Below, piece by piece: positions 33,661 through 44,593 of a DNA stretch of 64,000 nt. Origin of the DNA: Escherichia coli (GTDB taxonomy: Bacteria > Pseudomonadota > Gammaproteobacteria > Enterobacterales > Enterobacteriaceae); the NCBI RefSeq assembly GCF_003790525.1, contig NZ_CP033635.1; one strand, 5' to 3'. The notes under the pieces are model-generated. The model saw only the letters and a list, made by a program, of their open reading frames with translations. It was not told the origin of the DNA and ran no database searches. Position 1 is the stretch's first letter. Each line of letters starts with the position of its first letter. A program made the position numbers and the translations under genes.

Positions 33661-36600
33661 TGTCGCCGAGACACTAGATCCTTTGCGCTTGCCCTTACAG
33701 GGCGAGCGCCTGATTGAAGCCTCTGCCGGCACAGGCAAAACCTTTACGATTGCGGCGCTCTATTTGCGCCTGTTACTTGGACTAGGCGGTTCTGCCGCCT
33801 TTCCCCGCCCGCTGACCGTTGAAGAACTGCTGGTGGTCACCTTTACCGAGGCTGCCACGGCAGAATTGCGCGGTCGTATCCGTAGCAATATCCACGAGTT
33901 GCGCATCGCCTGTCTGCGTGAAACCACCGACAATCCACTGTACGAACGCCTGCTGGAAGAGATCGACGATAAAGCGCAAGCCGCGCAGTGGTTGTTGTTA
34001 GCCGAGCGGCAGATGGATGAAGCGGCAGTCTTTACTATTCACGGCTTTTGCCAGCGCATGCTCAACCTGAATGCCTTTGAATCCGGCATGCTGTTTGAGC
34101 AGCAGCTGATTGAAGATGAGTCTCTGCTACGCTACCAGGCCTGCGCCGATTTCTGGCGTCGCCACTGCTACCCGCTGCCGCGTGAAATTGCCCAGGTCGT
34201 CTTTGAAACCTGGAAAGGGCCGCAGGCGTTACTGCGCGATATTAATCGTTATCTGCAAGGCGAAGCGCCGGTTATCAAAGCGCCGCCGCCCGATGATGAA
34301 ACGCTGGCTTCCCGCCACGCGCAAATTGTGGCGCGTATTGATACGGTAAAACAGCAGTGGCGCGACGCGGTGGGTGAACTGGATGCGCTGATCGAATCTT
34401 CTGGTATTGATCGACGCAAGTTTAACCGTAGCAATCAGGCTAAATGGATCGACAAGATCAGCGCCTGGGCAGAAGAAGAGACCAACAGCTATCAGTTGCC
34501 AGAGTCGCTGGAAAAATTCTCTCAGTGTTTCTTAGAAGATCGCACGAAAGCCGGGGGGGAAACCCCGCGACATCCACTGTTTGAGGCGATCGATCAACTG
34601 CTTGCAGAACCATTGTCGATCCGCGATCTGGTGATCACTCGCGCATTAGCTGAGATCCGCGAAACAGTAGCGCGTGAAAAACGCCGCCGTGGCGAATTGG
34701 GTTTTGATGACATGTTAAGTCGGCTCGATTCCGCGCTGCGTAGTGAAAGCGGCGAGGTATTGGCAGCGGCGATCCGTACGCGATTCCCGGTGGCAATGAT
34801 CGATGAATTTCAGGATACCGACCCCCAGCAGTACCGAATTTTTCGCCGTATCTGGCACCATCAGCCGGAAACCGCATTGTTGCTGATTGGCGACCCGAAA
34901 CAGGCCATTTATGCATTCCGGGGTGCGGATATCTTCACTTATATGAAGGCGCGTAGCGAAGTTCACGCCCACTACACCTTAGACACCAACTGGCGTTCCG
35001 CACCGGGAATGGTGAACAGCGTTAACAAACTTTTCAGCCAGACTGATGACGCGTTCATGTTTCGTGAAATACCGTTTATTCCTGTGAAATCTGCCGGGAA
35101 AAATCAGGCGTTACGTTTTGTGTTTAAAGGTGAAACGCAGCCTGCGATGAAAATGTGGCTGATGGAAGGCGAAAGCTGCGGCGTTGGCGACTATCAAAGT
35201 ACCATGGCGCAGGTATGTGCTGCGCAAATCCGCGACTGGTTACAGGCTGGGCAGCGCGGGGAAGCGTTGCTGATGAACGGCGATGATGCACGTCCGGTAC
35301 GTGCTTCGGACATCAGTGTGCTGGTGCGCAGCCGCCAGGAGGCCGCTCAGGTGCGCGATGCCTTAACGCTGCTGGAAATCCCTTCCGTTTACCTTTCGAA
35401 CCGCGACAGTGTTTTTGAAACTCTGGAAGCACAGGAGATGCTTTGGCTGTTGCAGGCGGTGATGACACCCGAACGTGAGAACACCCTGCGCAGTGCGCTG
35501 GCAACGTCAATGATGGGGCTGAATGCGCTGGATATTGAAACGCTGAATAATGACGAACATGCGTGGGATGCGGTAGTCGAAGAGTTCGATGGTTATCGGC
35601 AAATCTGGCGCAAACGTGGCGTTATGCCGATGCTGCGGGCGCTGATGTCGGCGCGTAACATTGCAGAAAACTTGCTGGCAACAGCAGGCGGTGAGCGGCG
35701 TCTTACCGATATCTTGCATATCAGCGAATTGCTACAAGAAGCCGGCACGCAGCTGGAAAGTGAACATGCGCTGGTACGCTGGTTATCGCAACATATCCTC
35801 GAGCCAGACAGTAATGCCTCCAGCCAACAAATGCGTCTCGAAAGTGATAAACATCTCGTGCAGATTGTCACGATCCACAAATCGAAAGGGCTGGAATATC
35901 CATTGGTCTGGCTGCCGTTTATCACCAATTTCCGCGTCCAGGATCAGGCGTTTTATCACGATCGCCACTCGTTTGAGGCTGTTCTGGATCTTAATGCTGC
36001 GCCAGAAAGCGTCGACCTCGCGGAGGCCGAACGTCTGGCGGAAGATCTGCGTTTGCTTTACGTGGCGCTGACGCGTTCGGTTTGGCATTGCAGTCTCGGC
36101 GTTGCACCGCTGGTGCGCCGTCGTGGCGATAAAAAAGGTGATACCGACGTCCACCAAAGTGCGCTCGGGCGTTTGCTGCAAAAAGGGGAACCGCAAGATG
36201 CGGCAGGGCTTCGCACCTGTATTGAAGCGTTATGCGATGATGATATTGCCTGGCAAACGGCACAAACTGGTGATAACCAGCCCTGGCAGGTTAATGATGC
36301 ATTAACTGCAGAACTGAATGCGAGGACGCTACAACGATTGCCCGGCGATAACTGGCGTGTCACCAGCTACTCCGGTTTGCAGCAGCGTGGTCACGGTATC
36401 GCTCAGGATCTGATGCCACGGTTGGATGTTGATGCCGCAGGCGTGGTCAGCGTCGTTGAAGAACCGACGTTAACACCGCATCAGTTCCCGCGCGGTGCGT
36501 CACCGGGGACATTCTTGCACAGTTTGTTTGAAGACCTCGATTTTACCCAGCCGGTTGACCCGAACTGGGTACAGGAAAAACTGGAGCTCGGTGGCTTTGA

Positions 36601-37195
36601 ACCGCAGTGGGAACCGGTGTTGACTGAGTGGATCACGGCTGTCCTCCAGGCACCTCTCAATGAAACGGGTGTTAGCCTGAATCAGCTTTCCGATCGCGAT
36701 AAACAGGTGGAGATGGAGTTTTACCTGCCGATTAGTGAACCGCTTATCGCCAGCCAGCTTGATGCACTAATTCGCCAGTTTGACCCGCTATCCGCTGGCT
36801 GCCCGCCGCTGGAGTTCATGCAGGTACGCGGCATGTTAAAAGGCTTTATCGACCTGGTATTCCGCCACGAAGGGCGTTATTACCTGCTCGACTATAAATC
36901 CAACTGGTTGGGTGAAGACAGTTCGGCTTACACCCAACAGGCTATGGCAGCGGCAATGCAGGCACACCGCTATGATCTGCAATATCAGCTTTATACCCTG
37001 GCGCTGCACCGTTATCTGCGCCATCGCATTGCTGATTATGACTATGAGCGCCACTTTGGCGGCGTTATTTATCTGTTCCTGCGTGGCGTTGATAAAGAAC
37101 ATCCGCAACAAGGGATCTACGCGACCCGACCCAACGCCGGGTTGATTGACCTGATGGATGAGATGTTTGCCGGTATGACCCTGGAGGAGGCGTAA
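33653..37195 (+). CDS. recB: Exodeoxyribonuclease V beta subunit (helicase/nuclease)
   Basis: Start ATG at 33653 ([30 protein letters not shown], Walker A) overlapping the ptrA stop; the ORF track begins 9 bp earlier. Confidence 0.9.
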   Translation: MSDVAETLDPLRLPLQGERLIEASAGTGKTFTIAALYLRLLLGLGGSAAFPRPLTVEELLVVTFTEAATAELRGRIRSNIHELRIACLRETTDNPLYERLLEEIDDKAQAAQWLLLAERQMDEAAVFTIHGFCQRMLNLNAFESGMLFEQQLIEDESLLRYQACADFWRRHCYPLPREIAQVVFETWKGPQALLRDINRYLQGEAPVIKAPPPDDETLASRHAQIVARIDTVKQQWRDAVGELDALIESSGIDRRKFNRSNQAKWIDKISAWAEEETNSYQLPESLEKFSQCFLEDRTKAGGETPRHPLFEAIDQLLAEPLSIRDLVITRALAEIRETVAREKRRRGELGFDDMLSRLDSALRSESGEVLAAAIRTRFPVAMIDEFQDTDPQQYRIFRRIWHHQPETALLLIGDPKQAIYAFRGADIFTYMKARSEVHAHYTLDTNWRSAPGMVNSVNKLFSQTDDAFMFREIPFIPVKSAGKNQALRFVFKGETQPAMKMWLMEGESCGVGDYQSTMAQVCAAQIRDWLQAGQRGEALLMNGDDARPVRASDISVLVRSRQEAAQVRDALTLLEIPSVYLSNRDSVFETLEAQEMLWLLQAVMTPERENTLRSALATSMMGLNALDIETLNNDEHAWDAVVEEFDGYRQIWRKRGVMPMLRALMSARNIAENLLATAGGERRLTDILHISELLQEAGTQLESEHALVRWLSQHILEPDSNASSQQMRLESDKHLVQIVTIHKSKGLEYPLVWLPFITNFRVQDQAFYHDRHSFEAVLDLNAAPESVDLAEAERLAEDLRLLYVALTRSVWHCSLGVAPLVRRRGDKKGDTDVHQSALGRLLQKGEPQDAAGLRTCIEALCDDDIAWQTAQTGDNQPWQVNDALTAELNARTLQRLPGDNWRVTSYSGLQQRGHGIAQDLMPRLDVDAAGVVSVVEEPTLTPHQFPRGASPGTFLHSLFEDLDFTQPVDPNWVQEKLELGGFEPQWEPVLTEWITAVLQAPLNETGVSLNQLSDRDKQVEMEFYLPISEPLIASQLDALIRQFDPLSAGCPPLEFMQVRGMLKGFIDLVFRHEGRYYLLDYKSNWLGEDSSAYTQQAMAAAMQAHRYDLQYQLYTLALHRYLRHRIADYDYERHFGGVIYLFLRGVDKEHPQQGIYATRPNAGLIDLMDEMFAGMTLEEA

Positions 37196-39021
37196 TGAAA
37201 TTGCAAAAGCAATTACTGGAAGCTGTGGAGCACAAACAGCTACGCCCGCTGGACGTGCAGTTTGCCCTGACCGTGGCGGGAGATGAACATCCTGCCGTCA
37301 CCCTCGCGGCGGCACTGTTAAGTCATGATGCCGGAGAGGGACACGTTTGTTTGCCGCTTTCACGACTGGAAAATAACGAGGCATCGCATCCGCTGTTGGC
37401 GACCTGTGTCAGTGAAATCGGTGAGCTACAAAATTGGGAAGAATGCTTGCTGGCTTCACAAGCGGTCAGCCGGGGAGATGAACCAACGCCGATGATCCTC
37501 TGTGGCGATCGTCTTTATTTGAATCGCATGTGGTGTAACGAGCGCACAGTGGCACGCTTTTTCAACGAAGTGAATCATGCCATTGAGGTTGATGAAGCTC
37601 TACTGGCGCAAACCCTGGACAAACTTTTTCCAGTAAGCGATGACATTAACTGGCAAAAAGTGGCGGCGGCAGTGGCGCTGACGCGGCGGATTTCGGTGAT
37701 TTCCGGCGGTCCTGGCACCGGTAAAACGACCACCGTAGCGAAGTTGCTGGCAGCCTTAATTCAAATGGCCGACGGAGAACGCTGCCGTATCCGTCTGGCT
37801 GCACCAACGGGTAAAGCTGCCGCGCGCTTAACCGAATCTCTCGGCAAGGCTTTGCGCCAGTTACCGCTGACCGATGAACAAAAGAAACGCATTCCGGAAG
37901 ATGCCAGTACTTTGCACCGATTGCTGGGCGCACAGCCGGGTAGCCAGCGTTTACGTCATCATGCCGGTAACCCGCTGCATCTTGATGTGCTGGTAGTAGA
38001 TGAAGCGTCAATGATCGATCTGCCGATGATGTCGAGACTGATAGACGCCTTGCCCGATCATGCGCGAGTGATCTTTCTCGGCGATCGTGATCAACTGGCC
38101 TCGGTTGAGGCTGGGGCTGTGCTGGGCGATATTTGTGCTTATGCCAATGCCGGCTTTACCGCCGAGCGTGCCGGGCAGCTAAGCCGCCTGACGGGAACTC
38201 ACATTCCGTCAGGAACTGGCACAGAAGCGGCATCTTTGCGCGACAGTCTCTGCCTGCTGCAAAAAAGCTATCGTTTCGGCAGCGATTCTGGCATTGGTCA
38301 GTTAGCTGCGGCGATTAACCGTGGTGATAAAATGGCAGTGAAAACCGTTTTTCAGCAGGATTTTACTGATATCGAAAAACGGCTTTTACAGAGCGGCGAA
38401 GATTATATTGCGATGCTTGAGGAAGCTCTTTCGGGTTACGGACGTTATCTGGATCTGCTGCAAGCGCGTGCCGAGCCGGATTTAATCATTCAGGCGTTCA
38501 ATGAGTACCAGCTTTTGTGCGCCCTGCGGGAAGGGCCGTTTGGCGTGGCTGGACTGAATGAGCGAATTGAGCAGTTTATGCAACAGAAGCGCAAAATTCA
38601 TCGTAATCCGCACTCTCGTTGGTACGAAGGCCGACCGGTGATGATTGCCCGTAATGACAGCGCGCTTGGGTTGTTTAATGGCGATATCGGTATTGCGCTG
38701 GATCGCGGGCAGGGGACGCGCGTCTGGTTTGCGATGCCGGACGGCAATATTAAGTCTGTGCAACCGAGTCGCTTGCCAGAGCACGAAACGACGTGGGCGA
38801 TGACGGTACATAAATCGCAGGGATCGGAGTTCGACCATGCGGCGTTGATTTTACCGAGCCAACGCACGCCAGTAGTAACACGAGAGCTGGTTTACACTGC
38901 GGTGACCCGCGCGCGTCGCCGTCTGTCGCTGTATGCCGATGAGCGCATTTTAAGTGCGGCAATTGCCACGCGCACCGAGCGGCGCAGCGGTCTGGCGGCG
39001 TTGTTTAGTTCACGGGGATAA
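37195..39021 (+). CDS. recD: Exodeoxyribonuclease V alpha subunit
   Basis: 608-aa ORF; ATG overlaps the recB TAA (TAATG); Walker [11 protein letters not shown]. Confidence 0.9.
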   Translation: MKLQKQLLEAVEHKQLRPLDVQFALTVAGDEHPAVTLAAALLSHDAGEGHVCLPLSRLENNEASHPLLATCVSEIGELQNWEECLLASQAVSRGDEPTPMILCGDRLYLNRMWCNERTVARFFNEVNHAIEVDEALLAQTLDKLFPVSDDINWQKVAAAVALTRRISVISGGPGTGKTTTVAKLLAALIQMADGERCRIRLAAPTGKAAARLTESLGKALRQLPLTDEQKKRIPEDASTLHRLLGAQPGSQRLRHHAGNPLHLDVLVVDEASMIDLPMMSRLIDALPDHARVIFLGDRDQLASVEAGAVLGDICAYANAGFTAERAGQLSRLTGTHIPSGTGTEAASLRDSLCLLQKSYRFGSDSGIGQLAAAINRGDKMAVKTVFQQDFTDIEKRLLQSGEDYIAMLEEALSGYGRYLDLLQARAEPDLIIQAFNEYQLLCALREGPFGVAGLNERIEQFMQQKRKIHRNPHSRWYEGRPVMIARNDSALGLFNGDIGIALDRGQGTRVWFAMPDGNIKSVQPSRLPEHETTWAMTVHKSQGSEFDHAALILPSQRTPVVTRELVYTAVTRARRRLSLYADERILSAAIATRTERRSGLAALFSSRG

Positions 39022-39029
39022 ACGTAATT

Positions 39030-39070
39030 GCCGGATGCGACGCACGAGTGTTACGCATGTCGCATCCGGC
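39030..39070. repeat. REP-like palindrome between the convergent recD and argA
   Basis: GCCGGATGCGAC ... GTCGCATCCGGC inverted repeat with 12-bp arms. Confidence 0.5.
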
Positions 39071-39082
39071 GATTTTCATCGC

Positions 39083-40414
39083 TTACCCTAAATCCGCCAT
39101 CAAAACTTTGGATTTACGCTGGTAGTTGTACAACTGCTTTTTGCTCTCGGGCAGTAAATCAATATCCACTGGGGTAAATCCACGTTCCTGGAACCAGTGA
39201 ATACTGCGCGTGGTCAGCACAAACAATTTGCTTAAGCCGCTCTGCTTCGCCTGAGCGGCAATGCGTTCCAGCAGAACCTCGCCCCGTGATGAGCTGCGGT
39301 AATCCGGGTGAACTGCCACACAGGCCATTTCCCCAATCTTCTCTTCCGGGAACGGATAGAGCGCGGCGCAGGCAATAGTCGTGTTATCGCGCTGAATAAT
39401 GGTGAATTTGTCGATTTCCATCTCCAGCTGCTCGCGAGAACGGCGTACCAGAATACCTTGCTGCTCCAGTGGGCGAATCAACTCCAGAATGCCGCCAATA
39501 TCGTTGATTGTTGCGCGACGAATTTGCTCGGCGCTTTCCATCACAATCTGCGTACCGATACCGTCACGTGAGAACAACTCTTGCAACAGCGCGCCATCTT
39601 CCTGATAACTGATTAAATGACAGCGACGCACGCCGCTGCGGCAGGCTTTCACTGCGCCACGCAAAAAGCGCACCGTACCGGAGTTGTAATCGCCTTTCTC
39701 TTCCTGGGCTTCTACCCGCGCTTGCGCTTCGTTAGGGAAAAGTTCTGAGACAATATCACCGTCGTCATTAGTGACGCCCTGTGAAGAGCAAAAACCAATC
39801 ATCTTCTCAGCTTTCAGTTTGATGGCCAGTTGAGTGGCAATCTCTTCCGAGGTCAGATTAAAGCTCTCGCCAGTGACTGAAACCGCGACCGGCCCCAGCA
39901 GCACTATCGCACCGCTGTCCAGTTGACGATGAATCGCATCTTCGTCAATCCGCCGGATACGCCCGCTATGGCAGTAATCCACACCGTCATCCACGCCCAG
40001 CGGCTGGGCAATAATAAAATTGCCACTGACGACGTTGATATGCGCGCCCTGCAGCGGCGTGTTATTGAGACTCATCGACAGGCGAGCAGTAATATCCAGT
40101 TGCAATGTTCCCGCAGCCTGCTTCACCAGTTCCAGTGTTTTGGCGTCGGTCACGCGTATATTTTTGTGATATAGCGGTTCGTGGTGATGCGCTGCCAGAT
40201 TTGCATCGATCTGCGGGCGCGCTCCATAGACCACGACCAGACGGATGCCGAGGCTGTGCAGCAACCCGATATCATTAACGATACTGGAGAAATTCTCATG
40301 CTCAATGGCTTCACCGCCGAGCATTATGACAAACGTTTTTCCCCGGTGGGTATTGATATAGGGAACCGAATGGCGGAATCCCTCGACCAACTCGGTTTTA
40401 CGTTCCTTTACCAC
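39083..40414 (-). CDS. argA: N-acetylglutamate synthase
   Basis: ORF track 39083..40480; annotated start is the GTG at 40412-40414, giving (M)[33 protein letters not shown]...; amino-acid kinase plus GNAT domains. Confidence 0.9.
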   Translation of the reverse strand: MVKERKTELVEGFRHSVPYINTHRGKTFVIMLGGEAIEHENFSSIVNDIGLLHSLGIRLVVVYGARPQIDANLAAHHHEPLYHKNIRVTDAKTLELVKQAAGTLQLDITARLSMSLNNTPLQGAHINVVSGNFIIAQPLGVDDGVDYCHSGRIRRIDEDAIHRQLDSGAIVLLGPVAVSVTGESFNLTSEEIATQLAIKLKAEKMIGFCSSQGVTNDDGDIVSELFPNEAQARVEAQEEKGDYNSGTVRFLRGAVKACRSGVRRCHLISYQEDGALLQELFSRDGIGTQIVMESAEQIRRATINDIGGILELIRPLEQQGILVRRSREQLEMEIDKFTIIQRDNTTIACAALYPFPEEKIGEMACVAVHPDYRSSSRGEVLLERIAAQAKQSGLSKLFVLTTRSIHWFQERGFTPVDIDLLPESKKQLYNYQRKSKVLMADLG

Positions 40415-40645
40415 GGCACACCTCTTTGCATGATTATTCGAAATTATTGTATTTTTATTCTGTTTTTTCGCAGGGTGCAAGTGTAAATTTTATGCGGGAG
40501 CGACTTTTTTATCAGTAATACCGTGAATATAAAAAGAATGTTTACCGTTTTATAGATGACAGATTATGCGTCTTTCGCTAAAGTTTCCGGTCAAATTGGT
40601 CGTTTACTTGTTACACAGCTTAGATTTCTTTTGCTCGGGAGAGGC

Positions 40646-41899
40646 ATGTCAGGATCCAACACTGCAATCAGCCGTCGTCGTTTACTGCAAGGCGCGGGTG
40701 CCATGTGGCTATTGAGCGTAAGTCAGGTCAGCCTGGCTGCGGTCAGCCAGGTCGTGGCGGTGCGCGTCTGGCCTGCGTCCAGCTACACCCGCGTGACGGT
40801 AGAATCTAATCGTCAGCTGAAATATAAGCAGTTCGCGTTGAGTAATCCTGAACGCGTGGTGGTGGATATCGAAGATGTAAACCTGAACTCGGTGCTCAAG
40901 GGGATGGCTGCGCAAATCCGCGCTGACGACCCGTTCATCAAGTCGGCGCGCGTCGGGCAATTTGACCCGCAAACCGTACGTATGGTTTTTGAATTAAAGC
41001 AAAACGTAAAACCGCAGCTGTTTGCCCTTGCGCCGGTCGCCGGGTTTAAAGAGCGTCTGGTGATGGATCTCTATCCTGCCAATGCACAGGATATGCAGGA
41101 CCCGCTGCTGGCGCTGCTGGAGGATTACAACAAAGGCGACCTCGAAAAGCAGGTGCCGCCAGCACAAAGTGGTCCACAACCGGGTAAAGCTGGGCGGGAT
41201 CGTCCGATTGTCATTATGCTTGACCCTGGTCACGGTGGCGAAGACTCCGGTGCGGTGGGGAAATACAAAACACGCGAAAAAGACGTAGTATTGCAAATAG
41301 CTCGCCGTCTGCGCTCTCTGATCGAGAAAGAGGGCAATATGAAGGTGTACATGACGCGCAATGAAGACATCTTCATTCCGTTGCAAGTGCGCGTAGCAAA
41401 AGCCCAGAAACAGCGTGCTGACTTGTTTGTCTCTATCCATGCCGACGCCTTTACCAGTCGCCAGCCGAGCGGTTCCTCGGTGTTTGCGCTCTCAACCAAA
41501 GGCGCAACCAGTACTGCGGCAAAATATCTGGCACAAACCCAGAACGCCTCGGACTTGATTGGTGGCGTAAGCAAAAGCGGTGACCGCTATGTCGACCACA
41601 CTATGTTCGATATGGTGCAGTCGCTGACCATTGCTGACAGCCTGAAGTTTGGTAAAGCGGTGCTGAATAAGCTCGGTAAAATCAACAAGCTGCATAAAAA
41701 TCAAGTTGAACAGGCCGGGTTTGCCGTACTAAAGGCACCAGATATTCCCTCCATTCTGGTCGAAACGGCGTTTATCAGTAACGTTGAGGAAGAGCGTAAA
41801 CTGAAAACGGCGACTTTCCAGCAGGAAGTTGCGGAGTCTATTCTTGCGGGAATTAAAGCGTATTTTGCCGATGGGGCGACGCTGGCGAGAAGGGGATAA
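40646..41899 (+). CDS. amiC: N-acetylmuramoyl-L-alanine amidase AmiC (Tat-exported)
   Basis: Internal ATG at 40646 gives [23 protein letters not shown] (twin-arginine signal); amidase_3 C-terminal domain. Confidence 0.9.
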
Positions 41900-42070
41900 T
41901 GTTTTTATTTATTCAATGAATTTATATTTCGTTGAATAGATAACATTTACCTGAATATTAGACGCTGGTTTTGTGACTGATGTCGGATATTTGAATGTCG
42001 GCTTGAAAAATAAGCCGACCATCTCTTTAATTAAGCACAATTCCGTGTAATGTATACGCATTAGTTAATC

Positions 42071-42145
42071 ATCTTGTAACTGTTAAATCAGGCAAGGCAA
42101 TGTTTGAAGTAATCATTACTTCTGACGTGCCTTGCCTTTTTTTTT
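42071..42145 (+). promoter_or_regulatory. RAT-like element overlapping an intrinsic terminator in the leader of the islet antiterminator gene
   Basis: CTTGTAACTGTTAAATCAGGCAAGGC resembles BglG/SacY-type RAT sequences (TTGTTACTG...CAGGCAAAACC); it overlaps the 5' arm of an extended hairpin (GGCAAGGCA 42091-42099 / TGCCTTGCC 42128-42136, with inner GAAGTAAT/ATTACTTC pairing) followed by nine Ts; GGAG lies about 8 bp before the ATG at 42157. Confidence 0.55.
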
Positions 42146-42156
42146 GGAGCCATGAA

Positions 42157-42981
42157 ATGATCATCGAAAAAGTCATGAACAATAATTGTGTACAGGCATC
42201 GATGAATGGACAGGAGGTTATCATTTCTGGGCCTGGCGTCGGTTACAACAAAAAATATGGAATGTCGGTCCCTGAGCATCCGGCTAACCGGATTTTTTAT
42301 GTCAGAAATGAACAAAAAAATAAACTCTACAAATTGATTGAACATGTGGATATTGAGTATGTTTTTGTTGCCGAAAAAATAGTGCAATATGCGGAGAACA
42401 ATCTCGAAAAAAATCTCAATCCATCGCTACTATTGATTCTTGCTGATCACATTTCGAATGCAATATCCCGAGTCGCTTCAGGCATACAAATTAATAATGT
42501 TTTCCTTGATGAAATCAAAGCGTTGTACAAAGCAGAGTATGCGATAAGTCGCGATGCATTAACTATCATTAATGAGCAATTCAGCGTTCAACTTCCTGAT
42601 GATGAGATTGGTTTTATAGCATTGCATATTTTAAATAATTATGAAAATTCAGTTGATTATGAATCAGTACGGATTATTGAGTTGTCGCAAATAATCACGG
42701 GGCTTATTGAAGTTGTTTATAACAGAAAGGTGGACAGAAGTTCATTTAATTATTCCAGGTTCATGATACACCTTAAATATTTTTCAAGTCGCGTATTATG
42801 TAATGAAAAGATAAAACAAAAAGATATTGGTGACATCTATGAGCAGTTTCTTGAGAAAGACATCCTGTTACAGCGCGCAATTCATGAAATTGAACGGTAT
42901 CTGTATGCCACTTTTAAATATGAATTAATTTTAGAAGAAAAACTATATCTCTCAATTCGTACCAAAGTATTAATGGACTAA
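42157..42981 (+). CDS. BglG/LicT-family PRD-containing transcription antiterminator
   Basis: ORF track 42100..42981; start taken at the ATG at 42157; N-terminal CAT-like region (IEKVMNNNCVQASMNGQEVIISGPGVGY) and PRD regions with conserved His contexts (LPDDEIGFIALHIL, RFMIHLKYFSSRV) resembling BglG (LPKDEVGFIAMHL, RLVTHLKFLSWRI). Confidence 0.8.
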   Translation: MIIEKVMNNNCVQASMNGQEVIISGPGVGYNKKYGMSVPEHPANRIFYVRNEQKNKLYKLIEHVDIEYVFVAEKIVQYAENNLEKNLNPSLLLILADHISNAISRVASGIQINNVFLDEIKALYKAEYAISRDALTIINEQFSVQLPDDEIGFIALHILNNYENSVDYESVRIIELSQIITGLIEVVYNRKVDRSSFNYSRFMIHLKYFSSRVLCNEKIKQKDIGDIYEQFLEKDILLQRAIHEIERYLYATFKYELILEEKLYLSIRTKVLMD

Positions 42982-43012
42982 TTATATATAACATTTATAT
43001 GAGATAACCCAC

Positions 43013-44593
43013 ATGAAACAAAAGAAAGCCTGGAGTTTTTTTCAGAGCCTGGGAAAGGCATTCATGTATCCCATTGCTCTGCTAAGTGTATGTGGCATGA
43101 TGCTAGGGCTGGGAAGTGGTTTAGCCAGTGATGATATGGCAAAGTTAATTCCATTTCTGGCTATTCCAATAATTAAAACCATACTTGATTTCATTGTTAG
43201 TCTTGGTTTGTTTGCCTTTGTTAATTTACCTGTATTGTTTGCGATAGCGATTCCCTTAGGATTATTAAAAGATAAAGAGGATAAAGCCTATGGTGCTTTT
43301 TCTGGCTTAATTGGTTTTATGGCGATGCATCTGGGAACGAACTTTTATCTTAAACAGCACGACTTATTGGTCGCTGCTGACCAAATGTCGACACATGGGC
43401 AAACCATCATTCTGGGGATCCAGTCCTACAATACCAGCGTGTTAGGGGGAATTGTTGCTGGGTTATTAGTCGCCAGCATGTATAAAAAGATCGTTAATTT
43501 ACGCATTCCTGAATCATTAGGTTTTTATAGCGGCCCACGTCTGGTGCCTATCATTACACTGATTGTGATGAGTGGATTTGGTCTGATCATCCCTTTTATC
43601 TGGCCGCCGTTTTTCAATCTTTTCATGCTCATTGGCCACTGGATTTCAACTTCCGGTCCTGTTGGCTATTTTTTCTATGCAGTCGCCGAACGCGTGACGA
43701 TACCTTTTGGTTTAAATCACCTGGTGACGTCAGTTTTCCGCTTTACCCCCATCGGCGGATCGGCAGTGATCGGCGGCGAAGAGTATTATGGCACCCTGAA
43801 CATGTTTATGGCGTACGTCAAAGAGAATGCGGTCATTCCGCTGGATTTGGCGGGGAAAATGGAACAGGGCAAACTGATGATTCAGTATGGTCTGGCTGGT
43901 GCCGCGCTGGCGATGTATCGCACTGCTCATGCTCAAAACAGAAAAGCTATCAAAGCATTGCTTATTTCCGGGGTGCTTACAGTCATTATTGGCGGCGTCA
44001 GCGAACCGATTGAGTTTCTGTTCTTATTTGTCAGTCCACTGCTGTTTGTCTTCCATGCATTTATGAATGGATTCGCCAACATGGTCTTGCCATATATGGG
44101 CGTGAAGATGGGATTTACTGGCGATCTGATTCAATTTATTAGCTTTGGCGTATTGCGTGGCACAAGAACAGGTTGGCCAATAGCGGTGTGTGTCGAAGTG
44201 GCCTATTTCTTTATTTATTACTTTGTGTTCCGTTGGACTATTCTCAAATTTAACCTGATGACGGTAGGCCGTGAAGAGTCCAGTCCTGTCACGCTGAACG
44301 CTCATGAGGATACGGCTATAGCGGATATCCCAACTCCTGATAAATCAGAGCTGCAAGCGGCGGAGCAGATGGTTAAGGCACTTGGTGGTAAAGAGAATAT
44401 TAAGTCACTGGATAATTGCGTAACTCGTTTACGTTTAACAATCGCAGATATGGGATTGCTTGACGAGGCTGCAATAAAAAGAGCCGGCGGAATTGCGGTT
44501 GTTAAACTTGATCAAAATACCCTACAAGTCATTATCGGTACTAAAGTCATCGCCTTGCGTCGGGATATGGATAACTACATGGGGATATGCTGA
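43013..44593 (+). CDS. PTS glucose-family EIICB component, MalX-like
   Basis: 526-aa polytopic ORF with C-terminal EIIB motif NCVTRLR; collinear similarity to K-12 MalX (SYDLGKAFMYPIALLS vs FQQLGKTFMLPVALLS; EPIEFLFLFVSP vs EPLEFLFLFVAP). Confidence 0.85.
   Translation: MKQKKAWSFFQSLGKAFMYPIALLSVCGMMLGLGSGLASDDMAKLIPFLAIPIIKTILDFIVSLGLFAFVNLPVLFAIAIPLGLLKDKEDKAYGAFSGLIGFMAMHLGTNFYLKQHDLLVAADQMSTHGQTIILGIQSYNTSVLGGIVAGLLVASMYKKIVNLRIPESLGFYSGPRLVPIITLIVMSGFGLIIPFIWPPFFNLFMLIGHWISTSGPVGYFFYAVAERVTIPFGLNHLVTSVFRFTPIGGSAVIGGEEYYGTLNMFMAYVKENAVIPLDLAGKMEQGKLMIQYGLAGAALAMYRTAHAQNRKAIKALLISGVLTVIIGGVSEPIEFLFLFVSPLLFVFHAFMNGFANMVLPYMGVKMGFTGDLIQFISFGVLRGTRTGWPIAVCVEVAYFFIYYFVFRWTILKFNLMTVGREESSPVTLNAHEDTAIADIPTPDKSELQAAEQMVKALGGKENIKSLDNCVTRLRLTIADMGLLDEAAIKRAGGIAVVKLDQNTLQVIIGTKVIALRRDMDNYMGIC

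Noticed and set aside
41900-42060. Possible att-like direct repeat of the tRNA 3' end at the amiC-proximal islet boundary (GTCGGATATTTGAATGTCGGC versus tRNA-derived GCCGGATTTGAACCGACG)
   Set aside because: Similarity is short and gapped and is better read as a small hairpin (GTCGGCTT...AAGCCGAC); no integrase is nearby. Needs a proper alignment before any claim.
42100-42156. Upstream 19-codon extension of the antiterminator ORF (MFEVIITSDVPCLFFWSHE)
   Set aside because: It is translated from the leader terminator hairpin and T-run; the ATG at 42157 has a GGAG ribosome-binding site and begins the conserved CAT-like domain.
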